This document shows positions 54,632 through 63,205 of a stretch of DNA of 64,000 nt, piece after piece. The notes under the pieces were generated by a model. It made no database searches. It was not told where the DNA came from and saw only the letters and a program-made list of their open reading frames with translations. A program made the translations under genes and the position numbers. Source of the stretch: a virus; IMG/VR virus record IMGVR_UViG_3300033412_000008. The stretch is one strand, 5' to 3'. Position 1 is the stretch's first letter. Each line of letters opens with the position of its first letter.

Positions 54632-54700
54632 AGGGGCGACAGCGGAAGCCAAGCTGGGCACGCAGCCACAGCGCGAAGCCTAAGCGAGTCGGCGGCCGTC

Positions 54701-55222
54701 GTGAGAGGGCCAGACTCCGTGAAGCCAAGCGGGCGCGCTATGCATAGGCATGGCACCCCCACGCCCCGATGGGTGCTGGTAGCGTGGGCGGCCCTGGCCG
54801 CCCTGCTGCTCTACCTCCCGCACACCGCAAATGCTGCCGCGCCCCCGCCACCGGAAGGATGGGGCGCGGCAGAGTTCAAGATGGCGCAGGCATATTGGGG
54901 CGTCGAGGTCCCGCCGCTGTGCGAGACAATCGAAGTCGCGTTTGACGTACCCCTATCGCCCGGCACAGCCGGGGAAGCCACGCAGCCGCGCTTCCCCGGC
55001 ACTCACTGCTGGATGCTGATTGCGCGACCGCTGCATGGCGTCTACTACCAATGCCTAACGGTCGTGCATGAGTTCGGGCACTGGATGGGGCTAGGACACT
55101 CCGCCGACACATCTAGTCCAATGGCAGCGGTCCTGAATCCCACAATCTACGTACGCGGCTGCGCCAAACTCTCGCGGGGTTATGTGACGAGAATCACACA
55201 TACCCGACTGCGAATGCGCTAG
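54701..55222 (+). CDS. Secreted matrixin (M10)-like zinc metalloprotease (start may be 54740)
   Basis: Signal peptide; HEFGHWMGLGHS; Met-turn SPM. Confidence 0.8.
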   Translation: MRGPDSVKPSGRAMHRHGTPTPRWVLVAWAALAALLLYLPHTANAAAPPPPEGWGAAEFKMAQAYWGVEVPPLCETIEVAFDVPLSPGTAGEATQPRFPGTHCWMLIARPLHGVYYQCLTVVHEFGHWMGLGHSADTSSPMAAVLNPTIYVRGCAKLSRGYVTRITHTRLRMR

Positions 55223-55225
55223 GAT
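55183..55225 (+). promoter_or_regulatory. CRP-like box plus -10
   Basis: TGTGA-CGAGAA-TCACA 55183-55198; TAGGAT 55220-55225. Confidence 0.7.
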
Positions 55226-55294
55226 GCGGCTGTAGTCAATCAATGAAAGGGAAACGTGAGAACACGCCCTAATAGCGATAGCGAAGGCGAAAGC

Positions 55295-55480
55295 ATGAGC
55301 GCCCGCGCCTACCCCGGCCGCGACAAGGCGCGGATCCTGCGCCGGGCGGCATCCCTACAGCGCCACCACGCGGCGGAGTCAAATCAGCGAGCGCAATGCT
55401 GCCGTAAGCCTGAGCATGTAGAAGTGCCTGACGCTGCGATCTTCACCACGCAATGCCGCAACTGTGGGGCGGTAGTATGA
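55295..55480 (+). CDS. Hypothetical protein
   Basis: Short ORF with C-terminal CRNC. Confidence 0.45.
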   Translation: MSARAYPGRDKARILRRAASLQRHHAAESNQRAQCCRKPEHVEVPDAAIFTTQCRNCGAVV

Positions 55481-55797
55481 GCGTCACAGTGCCAACCTTG
55501 GCCGAAACATCATCCGATTTCATCGGGCCGCTTAACCCGCACGTCGGCCGCCACACGGTGAGGCTCGCCCCCGGAGCGCGGGCATTCGTCACGAGTCATT
55601 CGCCCCTGCGCGTACAGCGGCACACACGCGGCCCGCGTGTCTACCTGGCAGGACGGCGCGTCCACCACGGCCTAGCGTTCGGCCTGGCCGCGTTGCTCGC
55701 GCTGACACGTCGTCATCGACGCCTAGCCCTCGCGCTTGGCGCCTGGGCCGCCACTGACTGGCGTGACATTCCATTCCGCGATAGGGATAATCACTAA
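55477..55797 (+). CDS. Putative membrane protein
   Basis: RRVHHG, hydrophobic C-terminal half. Confidence 0.5.
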   Translation: MSVTVPTLAETSSDFIGPLNPHVGRHTVRLAPGARAFVTSHSPLRVQRHTRGPRVYLAGRRVHHGLAFGLAALLALTRRHRRLALALGAWAATDWRDIPFRDRDNH

Positions 55798-56234
55798 TGC
55801 CCGCGCCCGGTTGGACACCGCCGCCAAGTGCGAATGCGGGCGAAGGCGACTGTATGCGCCGAGCGCTGGCTTGCGTTGTCGGCGTCCATCCCGACGAGAT
55901 TGACTGGATCAGACCACGCAGCGGTGTTCCATTCTGGCCGCTCTATCGCGCGGAGGCTAAGCGGCTCGGATGGTACATGCGCATTCGGAACTTTGAAGCG
56001 ACAGGCGGAATCCGGTGGGGAGACGTAGCAAAGCCATCGGGTCTGTGGATCGGTGTCGTGCGAGGTCGCGGCGGCCGGACTACACACGCCGTGGTGTTCG
56101 ACGGCGACAAATTCCACTTTGGCGAGCAACACCGTCGCCGCCACCCCAACAAGCTATACAAGATCATAGAACTACATGAGCTATCCATGTGTGACAAGAA
56201 TCACATACGAAGCCCTGACCATCTGATAGCGTGA
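55797..56234 (+). CDS. Putative papain-like (C39-like) cysteine peptidase
   Basis: GDCMRRALAC and THAVVFDG. Confidence 0.45.
   Translation: MPAPGWTPPPSANAGEGDCMRRALACVVGVHPDEIDWIRPRSGVPFWPLYRAEAKRLGWYMRIRNFEATGGIRWGDVAKPSGLWIGVVRGRGGRTTHAVVFDGDKFHFGEQHRRRHPNKLYKIIELHELSMCDKNHIRSPDHLIA
56190..56232 (+). promoter_or_regulatory. CRP-like box plus -10
   Basis: TGTGA-CAAGAA-TCACA 56190-56205; TGA-TAGCGT 56227-56232. Confidence 0.7.
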
Positions 56235-56262
56235 GCTATCCCTAGTGAAAGGAAACTAAGAA

Positions 56263-56688
56263 ATGGCTAAGACGAAGGCACGAAACGATGGCTGGGACCA
56301 CACAACGCGCGATCTGCTGGATGGGACCACCATTCGACACGGCGATACCGTGCTGGTTGAGGCTGAGTACACACAGAGCGACCGACCTCCTAACGGAAGG
56401 CTGGACGATCCACCCGGACCGGATGACAAGCTCTGGCTCAATGTACAGGGTCATGCGCCAATCATGGTTCCCCTGTGTGCGGTTCGGGCGCTCCCGACGC
56501 CGCAGACGCGTATGTACACGGTCATCGGCGTTCATGATGGCGGACAAGGAAATCGCTTCGCGGAATCTTACGAAGACATCTGCCCCGGCGGAGCGGAAGA
56601 CAAGGCAACCGCCGAGCACCCGGACCTGCTGATTTCCGGCGTGGTCGAGGGCGAGTGCGAGCTAGTCGATGACGACCCGACAATGTGA
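56263..56688 (+). CDS. Hypothetical protein
   Basis: GAAAGGA RBS. Confidence 0.55.
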   Translation: MAKTKARNDGWDHTTRDLLDGTTIRHGDTVLVEAEYTQSDRPPNGRLDDPPGPDDKLWLNVQGHAPIMVPLCAVRALPTPQTRMYTVIGVHDGGQGNRFAESYEDICPGGAEDKATAEHPDLLISGVVEGECELVDDDPTM

Positions 56689-56726
56689 CCAACGTCACAC
56701 ATAAACCCAAATCAACCTGCTAGTAT
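56684..56726 (+). promoter_or_regulatory. CRP-like box plus -10 upstream of rIIA
   Basis: TGTGA-CCAACG-TCACA 56684-56699; TGC-TAGTAT 56721-56726. Confidence 0.7.
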
Positions 56727-56768
56727 CGAGCTATCCATAGGAAACACAAACGAAAGGACCCCCCCCCT

Positions 56769-58823
56769 ATGATTCCCGAGCGAACCGGAGTTACCGTCGA
56801 TAGCACCGTCCAAGGTGAGGACGTGGCTATGAGCATCGACCAGTCGGCGTTGGCCCACATCATGAACGTCCTCACGGACCTGTATGCCGACTCGGAATTG
56901 GCCGTCATTCGCGAGTACAGCACGAACGCGCTGGACTCCCACATCGAGGCCGGACAGACGCGCCCAATCGAGGTTACGACCCCGACGCCGCTGCGGCCGC
57001 TGCTGACGATCCGAGACTACGGCGTCGGCCTAGACGCTGACGACATTCGAGACATTTACTCCCGCTACGGCGCGAGCACGAAGCGCACGAGCAATGACGC
57101 GGTTGGGATGCTCGGCCTCGGCTGCAAGTCGGCGCTCGCCTACGTTGACCAGTTCACGCTGGCCGGAATCAAGGATGGGCAGAGGATGCTCGTCTCCATC
57201 GCGCGAGACGAGCACGGTGCCGGAACGATGACGGTCCTAGAGGCCGGGCCGACCGACGAACCAGACGGCGTCGAAATCGGTATCCCTACCGATGACGAGT
57301 ACAGTCTGGAACGCAAGGCGCGCGATTTCTTCTCCTACTGGCAGCCGGGACTCGTGCTGCTGAATGGCGAGGAACCCCCGCAGCTATCCGGCTACGCCGT
57401 TGGCGACAACTACCTAGTGGCCGACCGGGACAATTCGTTCGGCGCTTCCGGCCGCCACGATGGCCGCCCGCTGACCATCGTGATGGGGAACGTGTCCTAC
57501 CCGCCACCCGACGATTACGAGCACGAGGCGGTAGACACGCTGCCGAATGACAAGCGGCTTGTCGTCAACGTCCCCATTGGCGCCGTCCACTTCACACCTT
57601 CGCGTGAGGGACTACAGGATTCCGAGCGCACACGCAAAGCAATCGACGCCGCGCTTGCAGATTTCCAGCGCGAAGTCGCGGAAGTCGTGACCGATGCAAT
57701 CACCGGGGCGCCCGACCGCCCGGCTGCCGCGAAGGCGCTGATTGAAGCCCGCGCCGCGTTCGGTAAAAAGAATGTCCCCGACCTACAGTGGAAAGGTGAG
57801 GACATCCCCACGGTGCTGTCTGCCGAAGACTTGGACCCGGTCGTGGTAGAAGATGGCAAACGCGAATACGCGGCGTCACTGTGGGCAGCCAAGAGGGTGC
57901 ATGGCTACTCGCGCTCTACGTCTCACCGTACACCGGCTGGGCAAATCACGCTCGACGTGGCGGGAGAGAACCCCTGGGTTCTCGGCTACCCGAACGCGAA
58001 ATGGTCTGCGACTCAGAGCCGCAAGCTGCACCGCTACCTGGAACACCACGGGATGCACGATGCGCCGGACAAAGCCACGATTTTCATAACGGATTCGGCC
58101 GCCGTGCCTTGCCCTCAGTGGATCGACGGCGCCGTGACTGCGGTCAACTGGCAGGACGTGCGGGACTGGAAAGACCCGCTTAAGGTGAACGAAGGCGGGA
58201 GCGGCGCCGTCAAGTACGCGGGCACCTACCCCGTGATTACGGGCGGCCGATACTGGAATGAGAAATTCGAGGCTGACGAGTTGCCTACGGTAGGGCGCAA
58301 GCTCTACTACGTGATTGGCGAAAAGCGCTCAGAGTTGGCCTACTCAGTGGCGAAGTGTCTGCCAGAGGACGCCTACGTGGTTTGTCTCGTCTACACGCGC
58401 GCCGACAAGTTCAAGCGTCTGTTTCCGCATGCCCGCAACGGCTTGGAGGCAGTACGACGTGGGGCGACCGGATGGTACAAGTCCCTGGGCGCCAAGTCCC
58501 GACTGGCTATCACGCTTGGCCTGGAGCTTCGCTATCGCTACGTCGGGCCGATTGCGCTGCCTGCTGACAAGGTTGATGACCCGGAGCTATCCGCGCTCTG
58601 CCGAGCCTGGCGCCTGTGGGAGTCGGGGACGCTGAAGGAACGCTATCAAGCGCGAGCGGAGTTCATTCAGCGGCCAGATGACGAGGAAATGATTGACTAC
58701 GCGACGGTCTGCCAGCGCTACCCCTTGCTAGACGAGGAGTTGGAGTCTACAATCGAGAGCCATCTTGACCATGCCCTGCTGTATGTCAATGCGGTCTACG
58801 CCGCCAACAAAGGAGGTAAATAA
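56769..58823 (+). CDS. rIIA: rIIA-like protein (N-terminal HSP90/GHKL ATPase)
   Basis: IREYSTNALDSH, IRDYGVGL, YGASTKR..GMLGLGCKS; followed by rIIB-like gene. Confidence 0.8.
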   Translation: MIPERTGVTVDSTVQGEDVAMSIDQSALAHIMNVLTDLYADSELAVIREYSTNALDSHIEAGQTRPIEVTTPTPLRPLLTIRDYGVGLDADDIRDIYSRYGASTKRTSNDAVGMLGLGCKSALAYVDQFTLAGIKDGQRMLVSIARDEHGAGTMTVLEAGPTDEPDGVEIGIPTDDEYSLERKARDFFSYWQPGLVLLNGEEPPQLSGYAVGDNYLVADRDNSFGASGRHDGRPLTIVMGNVSYPPPDDYEHEAVDTLPNDKRLVVNVPIGAVHFTPSREGLQDSERTRKAIDAALADFQREVAEVVTDAITGAPDRPAAAKALIEARAAFGKKNVPDLQWKGEDIPTVLSAEDLDPVVVEDGKREYAASLWAAKRVHGYSRSTSHRTPAGQITLDVAGENPWVLGYPNAKWSATQSRKLHRYLEHHGMHDAPDKATIFITDSAAVPCPQWIDGAVTAVNWQDVRDWKDPLKVNEGGSGAVKYAGTYPVITGGRYWNEKFEADELPTVGRKLYYVIGEKRSELAYSVAKCLPEDAYVVCLVYTRADKFKRLFPHARNGLEAVRRGATGWYKSLGAKSRLAITLGLELRYRYVGPIALPADKVDDPELSALCRAWRLWESGTLKERYQARAEFIQRPDDEEMIDYATVCQRYPLLDEELESTIESHLDHALLYVNAVYAANKGGK

Positions 58824-59836
58824 TGCACCCGTACCACCACGTTAGGACGGAGGACGGCCGCGAGAGCTTGACGGTATTCATGCCGAGCGGTGCGCCCGTC
58901 GTCGCCACCGGGGACCATCCTCACTTCGCCGAGCTTTTGGAGGGCGCACAGTCGGATGCTTCCGCTGACGACCTTCGCAGCCTGGCGGACCTGAGCAACG
59001 CCGTCGCGCAGCACTTCGACACGCTGAGCGAGCGGGTAGCCGTCGCCAATGGCCGCGTTTACTTCGACGGTGACGAGGTCGATTCCACGATTACGCAACA
59101 GATTCGCCGCTGCCTGGACGATCCGGGCGTTGGCGACTGGCGGCCGCTCGTGCGGTTCATGGAAAACGTCGCGGCTAACCCGAATGAGCACTCGCGGGAA
59201 CAGCTTTTCGACTGGCTGCGGGACCGCGAGTTCACAATCACCACGAATGGCTGCTTCATCGCCTACAAGGGCGTCACGTCCGACGGCGAGGACAACTACG
59301 TGTCAAGTAGTCGCGGCCACGGCATCGTCAACGGCGAGCGTTACGAGGGGCAGCTACCCAACCCCGTTGGCGCTGCCGTCGAAATGCCGCGTAGCGACGT
59401 ACAGCACGACCCCGGCGTCGGCTGCCACACTGGCCTGCACGTCGGGACGTATGAGTACGCGCAGGGGTACGCGAGCGCGGCGCTGCTGACCGTTCTCGTT
59501 AATCCTCGCGACGTGGTTAGCGTTCCAACCGATTGCGAGGCAGCCAAGATGCGCGTCTGCCGGTACGTCGTCTCAGACGACGAACCGACGGCGCCGCAGG
59601 AATCGGCCGCCATCGCAGACGAGGGCGAGGTCTACACAGACACGCTCGCCCCGGACGCCGACTATGACGGCTATGACGAATTCGTGGCGACCGGGGAAGT
59701 CCGGTACGCACGGCTGGGCGAGTTCTACACCCTGGGCGAGGGACAGACCTGGGCTGGAAAGGTCTGCCGGGCGATGTACGACCACGACTCAGGGCCGGTA
59801 GATCACATCTTGGTCCCGAGGTACCCGAGGGACTAG
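58823..59836 (+). CDS. rIIB: rIIB-like protein
   Basis: FTITTNGCFIAYKGV, MPRSDV, CHTGLHVG, VNPRDVVSVP.D..KMRVCRY. Confidence 0.8.
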   Translation: MHPYHHVRTEDGRESLTVFMPSGAPVVATGDHPHFAELLEGAQSDASADDLRSLADLSNAVAQHFDTLSERVAVANGRVYFDGDEVDSTITQQIRRCLDDPGVGDWRPLVRFMENVAANPNEHSREQLFDWLRDREFTITTNGCFIAYKGVTSDGEDNYVSSSRGHGIVNGERYEGQLPNPVGAAVEMPRSDVQHDPGVGCHTGLHVGTYEYAQGYASAALLTVLVNPRDVVSVPTDCEAAKMRVCRYVVSDDEPTAPQESAAIADEGEVYTDTLAPDADYDGYDEFVATGEVRYARLGEFYTLGEGQTWAGKVCRAMYDHDSGPVDHILVPRYPRD

Positions 59837-59842
59837 GGGGAC

Positions 59843-59876
59843 GGGGCGCTCTGTGACGGGAATCACAGAGCGCCCC
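59843..59876. promoter_or_regulatory. 14-bp hairpin whose core is a CRP-like box
   Basis: GGGGCGCTCTGTGA-CGGGAA-TCACAGAGCGCCCC. Confidence 0.65.
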
Positions 59877-60043
59877 ACAAATCTGTGATACAAATACTCC
59901 CACTTGACCGGGGCGCGCTCCCACGAAGCGAGCGTACGCAGGCAGCACCCTGCCCCGCGAATAATGAGGTGACTAGTCGGGCCGATCAAGCGACTGACTA
60001 GGGCGAACATAGAGGCCGTAAACCTTTGCCTCATTGTTCCGGT

Positions 60044-60122
60044 GGCGGCGCCGTGGCAGCACTAGCGTAGCCGGTGGCTCTACCCAGGGCCAGCCGTCGG
60101 GGTTCGATTCCCCGAGCCGCCA
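60044..60122 (+). ncRNA. tRNA-like RNA without anticodon loop
   Basis: GGCGGC/GCCGCC-A plus TCGGGG-TTCGATT-CCCCGA (12-bp top half); TGGCTCT-ACCC-AGGGCCA hairpin in place of the anticodon arm. Confidence 0.55.
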
Positions 60123-60150
60123 ATGAGATATTCAACACAGAAAGGAAACG

Positions 60151-60765
60151 ATGACGAAGCGACAGAGACAAGCCAAACACGCCGCAGAGCACCGCCACAT
60201 GCGCGACCGGCTGCTTCGCCTCTATGAGGCGGCGCCGGAGAGCGCGCTAGAGGCCGGACGCCTCTGGTACCCGACTGCGGAGAGCGTCATCGCTTCTATG
60301 TCTCGCGAGTACGCCGTGGGGCGCCCGACAGTTGCCGCCATCGTGGCCGCACTCTCGCCGCAACAGCGGTGGCGCACGAACGTAGCAAGCGCCCGCGCCG
60401 TGCTGGCCGGGCACCCCTGGAACGCAGCGGGCTATGCGACCAACCGCGCCAAGGCCGAACGGCTGGCAGCGGGCGAGTCGCCCCTGATTGTCCTGGGCGG
60501 CGACAAGGTTACGAACTTCTGGGCGAACCTGAACGGCAGCCGCATGGCCGTCACGATTGACCGCTGGGGACAGGCTGCCGCCCTTGGCTTCGCCTACCCG
60601 CACCAGCCAAAGCACAAACGCTACGCGAGGATCGCGAAGGCATACGCCGCGGCCGCGGCCATCGTCGGCGAAACGCCGCGTGAGTTCCAGAGCATCATCT
60701 GGCAGATCATTCGCCCCGCCGTGGAACACGAGCGCGATTGGAGGATTATCCATGCCACATCTTGA
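60151..60765 (+). CDS. Conserved phage protein (possible HhH-like fold)
   Basis: GRLWY, VAALSPQQRW..N, GDKVTNF, VTIDRW; GAAAGGA RBS. Confidence 0.6.
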   Translation: MTKRQRQAKHAAEHRHMRDRLLRLYEAAPESALEAGRLWYPTAESVIASMSREYAVGRPTVAAIVAALSPQQRWRTNVASARAVLAGHPWNAAGYATNRAKAERLAAGESPLIVLGGDKVTNFWANLNGSRMAVTIDRWGQAAALGFAYPHQPKHKRYARIAKAYAAAAAIVGETPREFQSIIWQIIRPAVEHERDWRIIHATS

Positions 60766-61042
60766 CGAGCACGAGCGGATTGAGCGTGCCCACGCGGCGG
60801 AGCTTAGCCGGGCGGCGCGGGCTAAGGCGGATCGCGCTGAGAATGAGGCGCGCATTCGCGAGCAAGTCGAAGCTGCCCCACGCCGTGGTTGCCAGCGATG
60901 CGGCGATCCCTACGCGGCAATCAATCTTGACGGCCGCTGTGACCTATGCGAACGCGATGCGCAGCTTGATGGCGCTCGCGACAAGCTAGGGCCAGAGGAG
61001 CTTTACCCCGAGCACTTTCCAGACCCAGACGAAAACGAGTGA
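60752..61042 (+). CDS. Hypothetical protein
   Basis: GGAGG RBS; CQRC and CDLC. Confidence 0.5.
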   Translation: MPHLDEHERIERAHAAELSRAARAKADRAENEARIREQVEAAPRRGCQRCGDPYAAINLDGRCDLCERDAQLDGARDKLGPEELYPEHFPDPDENE

Positions 61043-61566
61043 AAGGAGTAGCAATGGAACCCACCAGCATTACCATCGTGGCGATCCAGAACCCCGGCGA
61101 CGCCGAGGCGACTATCGTCAACCCGCAGGAAATAATCACCCCGGACGATGCCATCGAAAAGTTCGGCACGCAGATCGAGCAGGGAGCGTTCGTGTCCCTG
61201 ACCGGCCGCAGCATAAATGGCAATACGATCGGCGTCCAAATACTCGTCGCAGACCGTAGCGGCGCCTCCCTCTACCTTCAGGACAATGAGTTCATGCAGG
61301 ACGAGGAAACGGCCGCCGACGTAGACAACATCGGCAAAGTCATCGCCAGTGGCTACGCGCCGCTGCCGCAGTTGAACACCTACACGGTGTTCGGCTCGAA
61401 TGACGACGGCGAGCGGTTCGTCAACGTCTGCACGGCGGAGACGCCGGAGGAGGCGGCGAAGCAGACGAAGACCGCCGTGCTCGTGGACGCCGGATGCGAG
61501 AGCATGGTGGACATCGTCATCGTGCTCACCGGCGACCACTCGGACGCGGAGGCCGTCAACCCATAG
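61039..61566 (+). CDS. Hypothetical acidic protein
   Basis: Open frame; start may be 61054. Confidence 0.55.
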   Translation: MKGVAMEPTSITIVAIQNPGDAEATIVNPQEIITPDDAIEKFGTQIEQGAFVSLTGRSINGNTIGVQILVADRSGASLYLQDNEFMQDEETAADVDNIGKVIASGYAPLPQLNTYTVFGSNDDGERFVNVCTAETPEEAAKQTKTAVLVDAGCESMVDIVIVLTGDHSDAEAVNP

Positions 61567-61636
61567 TGCCTGTCACGGGGGGGGGCAGGGTTCCCTCCCC
61601 TCCCCGTGATACACTAACTACGAAGGGAGCTATCCA

Positions 61637-61831
61637 ATGACAACAAAACTTATTTCATCCCCAGATACCGTAGGGATCGACCCGGAGGAAATCCGTGCAA
61701 ACCCCGGCGCTCTTGTCGAGGTTCACGAGGACGTGCTGCGCGACCTAATGCGCACCCCGCACGCGATTGAACGGCCGCGCCCTATTGAGCATGGCGACCT
61801 TCAGCACCCGCGGCGGAGGATGTGCGTCTGA
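61637..61831 (+). CDS. Hypothetical protein
   Basis: Follows TGA-TACACT -10 at 61610. Confidence 0.45.
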   Translation: MTTKLISSPDTVGIDPEEIRANPGALVEVHEDVLRDLMRTPHAIERPRPIEHGDLQHPRRRMCV

Positions 61832-62376
61832 TGTTGGCCGACGCTAAGAGTCGCAACCGCGCTGTCCTGGGCCGCGCCGTACATCCGGCTGCGCTCGACC
61901 GTTTGCACGAGCTTTTTCCAGAGGCGCGCGTTAATGTCGAACATGAGGCTCACCCGGTAGAATTGCTGAAGGGCAGTATGAAGATGAGCCGCCGTTTCTA
62001 CCAGCGCCCTTCGCACGAGACGCGGGTATTCATTGACCTGGACGGCGACAAACGGCCAGGCGGGACGATCTTCGGTACCGCAACCTGTCACCACGAAGAC
62101 AATTTCGACCGGCGCAAGGGAATCACGCTGGCATACAGACGGGCGCTCGATATTGCCCGGCGCACTTCCGCGAGTCGGATACAGGACTCCGCGTATAAGC
62201 AACAGGGACTCAAAGCGGTGATTGAGCGGGCGTCGGGTGCAGTGCTGCGCACAAGGCTCGAAACGCTCAAAGCCACCCTGGGCGCCGGTCCCTTGGGAGA
62301 GTCAATCGCTTACCCACTTCGGCGCGAGCGCGACATGATCGAAGACGAGTTCAAGCGCCGGGGGCAGTCGATATGA
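61822..62376 (+). CDS. Hypothetical phage protein
   Basis: GTATCHHEDNFDRRKGITLAYRRAL module. Confidence 0.55.
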   Translation: MRLMLADAKSRNRAVLGRAVHPAALDRLHELFPEARVNVEHEAHPVELLKGSMKMSRRFYQRPSHETRVFIDLDGDKRPGGTIFGTATCHHEDNFDRRKGITLAYRRALDIARRTSASRIQDSAYKQQGLKAVIERASGAVLRTRLETLKATLGAGPLGESIAYPLRRERDMIEDEFKRRGQSI

Positions 62377-62591
62377 CTACACTCACCGAGAGTAAAGAAA
62401 CGCTGGAACGGCGGATCGCCTGGGCGATCCGTGAGCGCGACGAAGCGAAGGCGCGCGAGCAACGCTCAGTACACAACGCTGACAATGCCCGGAGGCGCCG
62501 CGAAGAAATGCACCGCCATGTTGGGTACTTGCAGGACCGGAAGCGCGAGGTCGAAAACGTTGAAGCTGCAATGAAAGGAATCGCGCCATGA
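62373..62591 (+). CDS. Coiled-coil hypothetical protein
   Basis: ATGA coupling. Confidence 0.5.
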   Translation: MTTLTESKETLERRIAWAIRERDEAKAREQRSVHNADNARRRREEMHRHVGYLQDRKREVENVEAAMKGIAP

Positions 62592-63205
62592 GGCCACCTG
62601 ACGCACGAAGCCCTGCGGAATGGCGCCAGTACCACGCCGAGCGGTTGGGTGCATGGTGGGCGCAGTGGGAGTCCTCCCTGCGGCGCCACGATGACCTGGG
62701 CGCGACCGTCGCGGCTGGCGACAACTGCGCTTTCTTCGCGAAGCAGATGGGACTCGGCCGCTCGCGGTGGCTCGCTGAGGCGTTGGCCGCCGCTGACTCG
62801 TGCTCGCGCGTGCTCGTGTTGTGTCCGCCTGCCGTCAAACGCATGTGGTGCGAGCAGTTGCTTAAAGCCGGGTTCGCGGCGCAGCGGATCGAGGCGGTGA
62901 GCGCGTGGCAGGCAAGTCGCGGAGCTATCCGCGCTCAGGCCGCGCTGCTACGGAAGATTGACGAAGCCGACGTGGTCATTATCGAACCGCCGTGCCGCCC
63001 CGGCACGAAGCTGTTTGCTGCGTTGGCGAAGCAAGTCCGCGAAGCTAGCCGCTCGACGCAGATCATTACGACCACGACGCTCGTCTGGGGATCGGTCACG
63101 ATGCCGCCCGCCTACGTGGACTCGTGTCTCAAACTGCTGGGCTATCTGGACGAGACGCCGGTCAAGGTCTGCTGGGCTGACGACTGCTGGGCGGCGGCAG
63201 CATGA
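62588..63205 (+). CDS. Degenerate SNF2-like N-terminal domain
   Basis: AKQMGLGRS and RVLVLCPPAVKRMW parallel LADDMGGGKT and RVLVIAPASVLDHW of ORF 4318. Confidence 0.45.
   Translation: MRPPDARSPAEWRQYHAERLGAWWAQWESSLRRHDDLGATVAAGDNCAFFAKQMGLGRSRWLAEALAAADSCSRVLVLCPPAVKRMWCEQLLKAGFAAQRIEAVSAWQASRGAIRAQAALLRKIDEADVVIIEPPCRPGTKLFAALAKQVREASRSTQIITTTTLVWGSVTMPPAYVDSCLKLLGYLDETPVKVCWADDCWAAAA

Noticed and set aside
60070-60095. CTCTA as an amber-suppressor anticodon
   Set aside because: No 5-bp stem closes a 7-nt loop around CTA; the TGGCTCT/AGGGCCA hairpin pairs much better.
61571-61610. G-run/C-run hairpin as a phase-variable tract
   Set aside because: It is intergenic and forms a simple stem (GTCACGGGG/CCCCGTGAT); a terminator is the simpler explanation.
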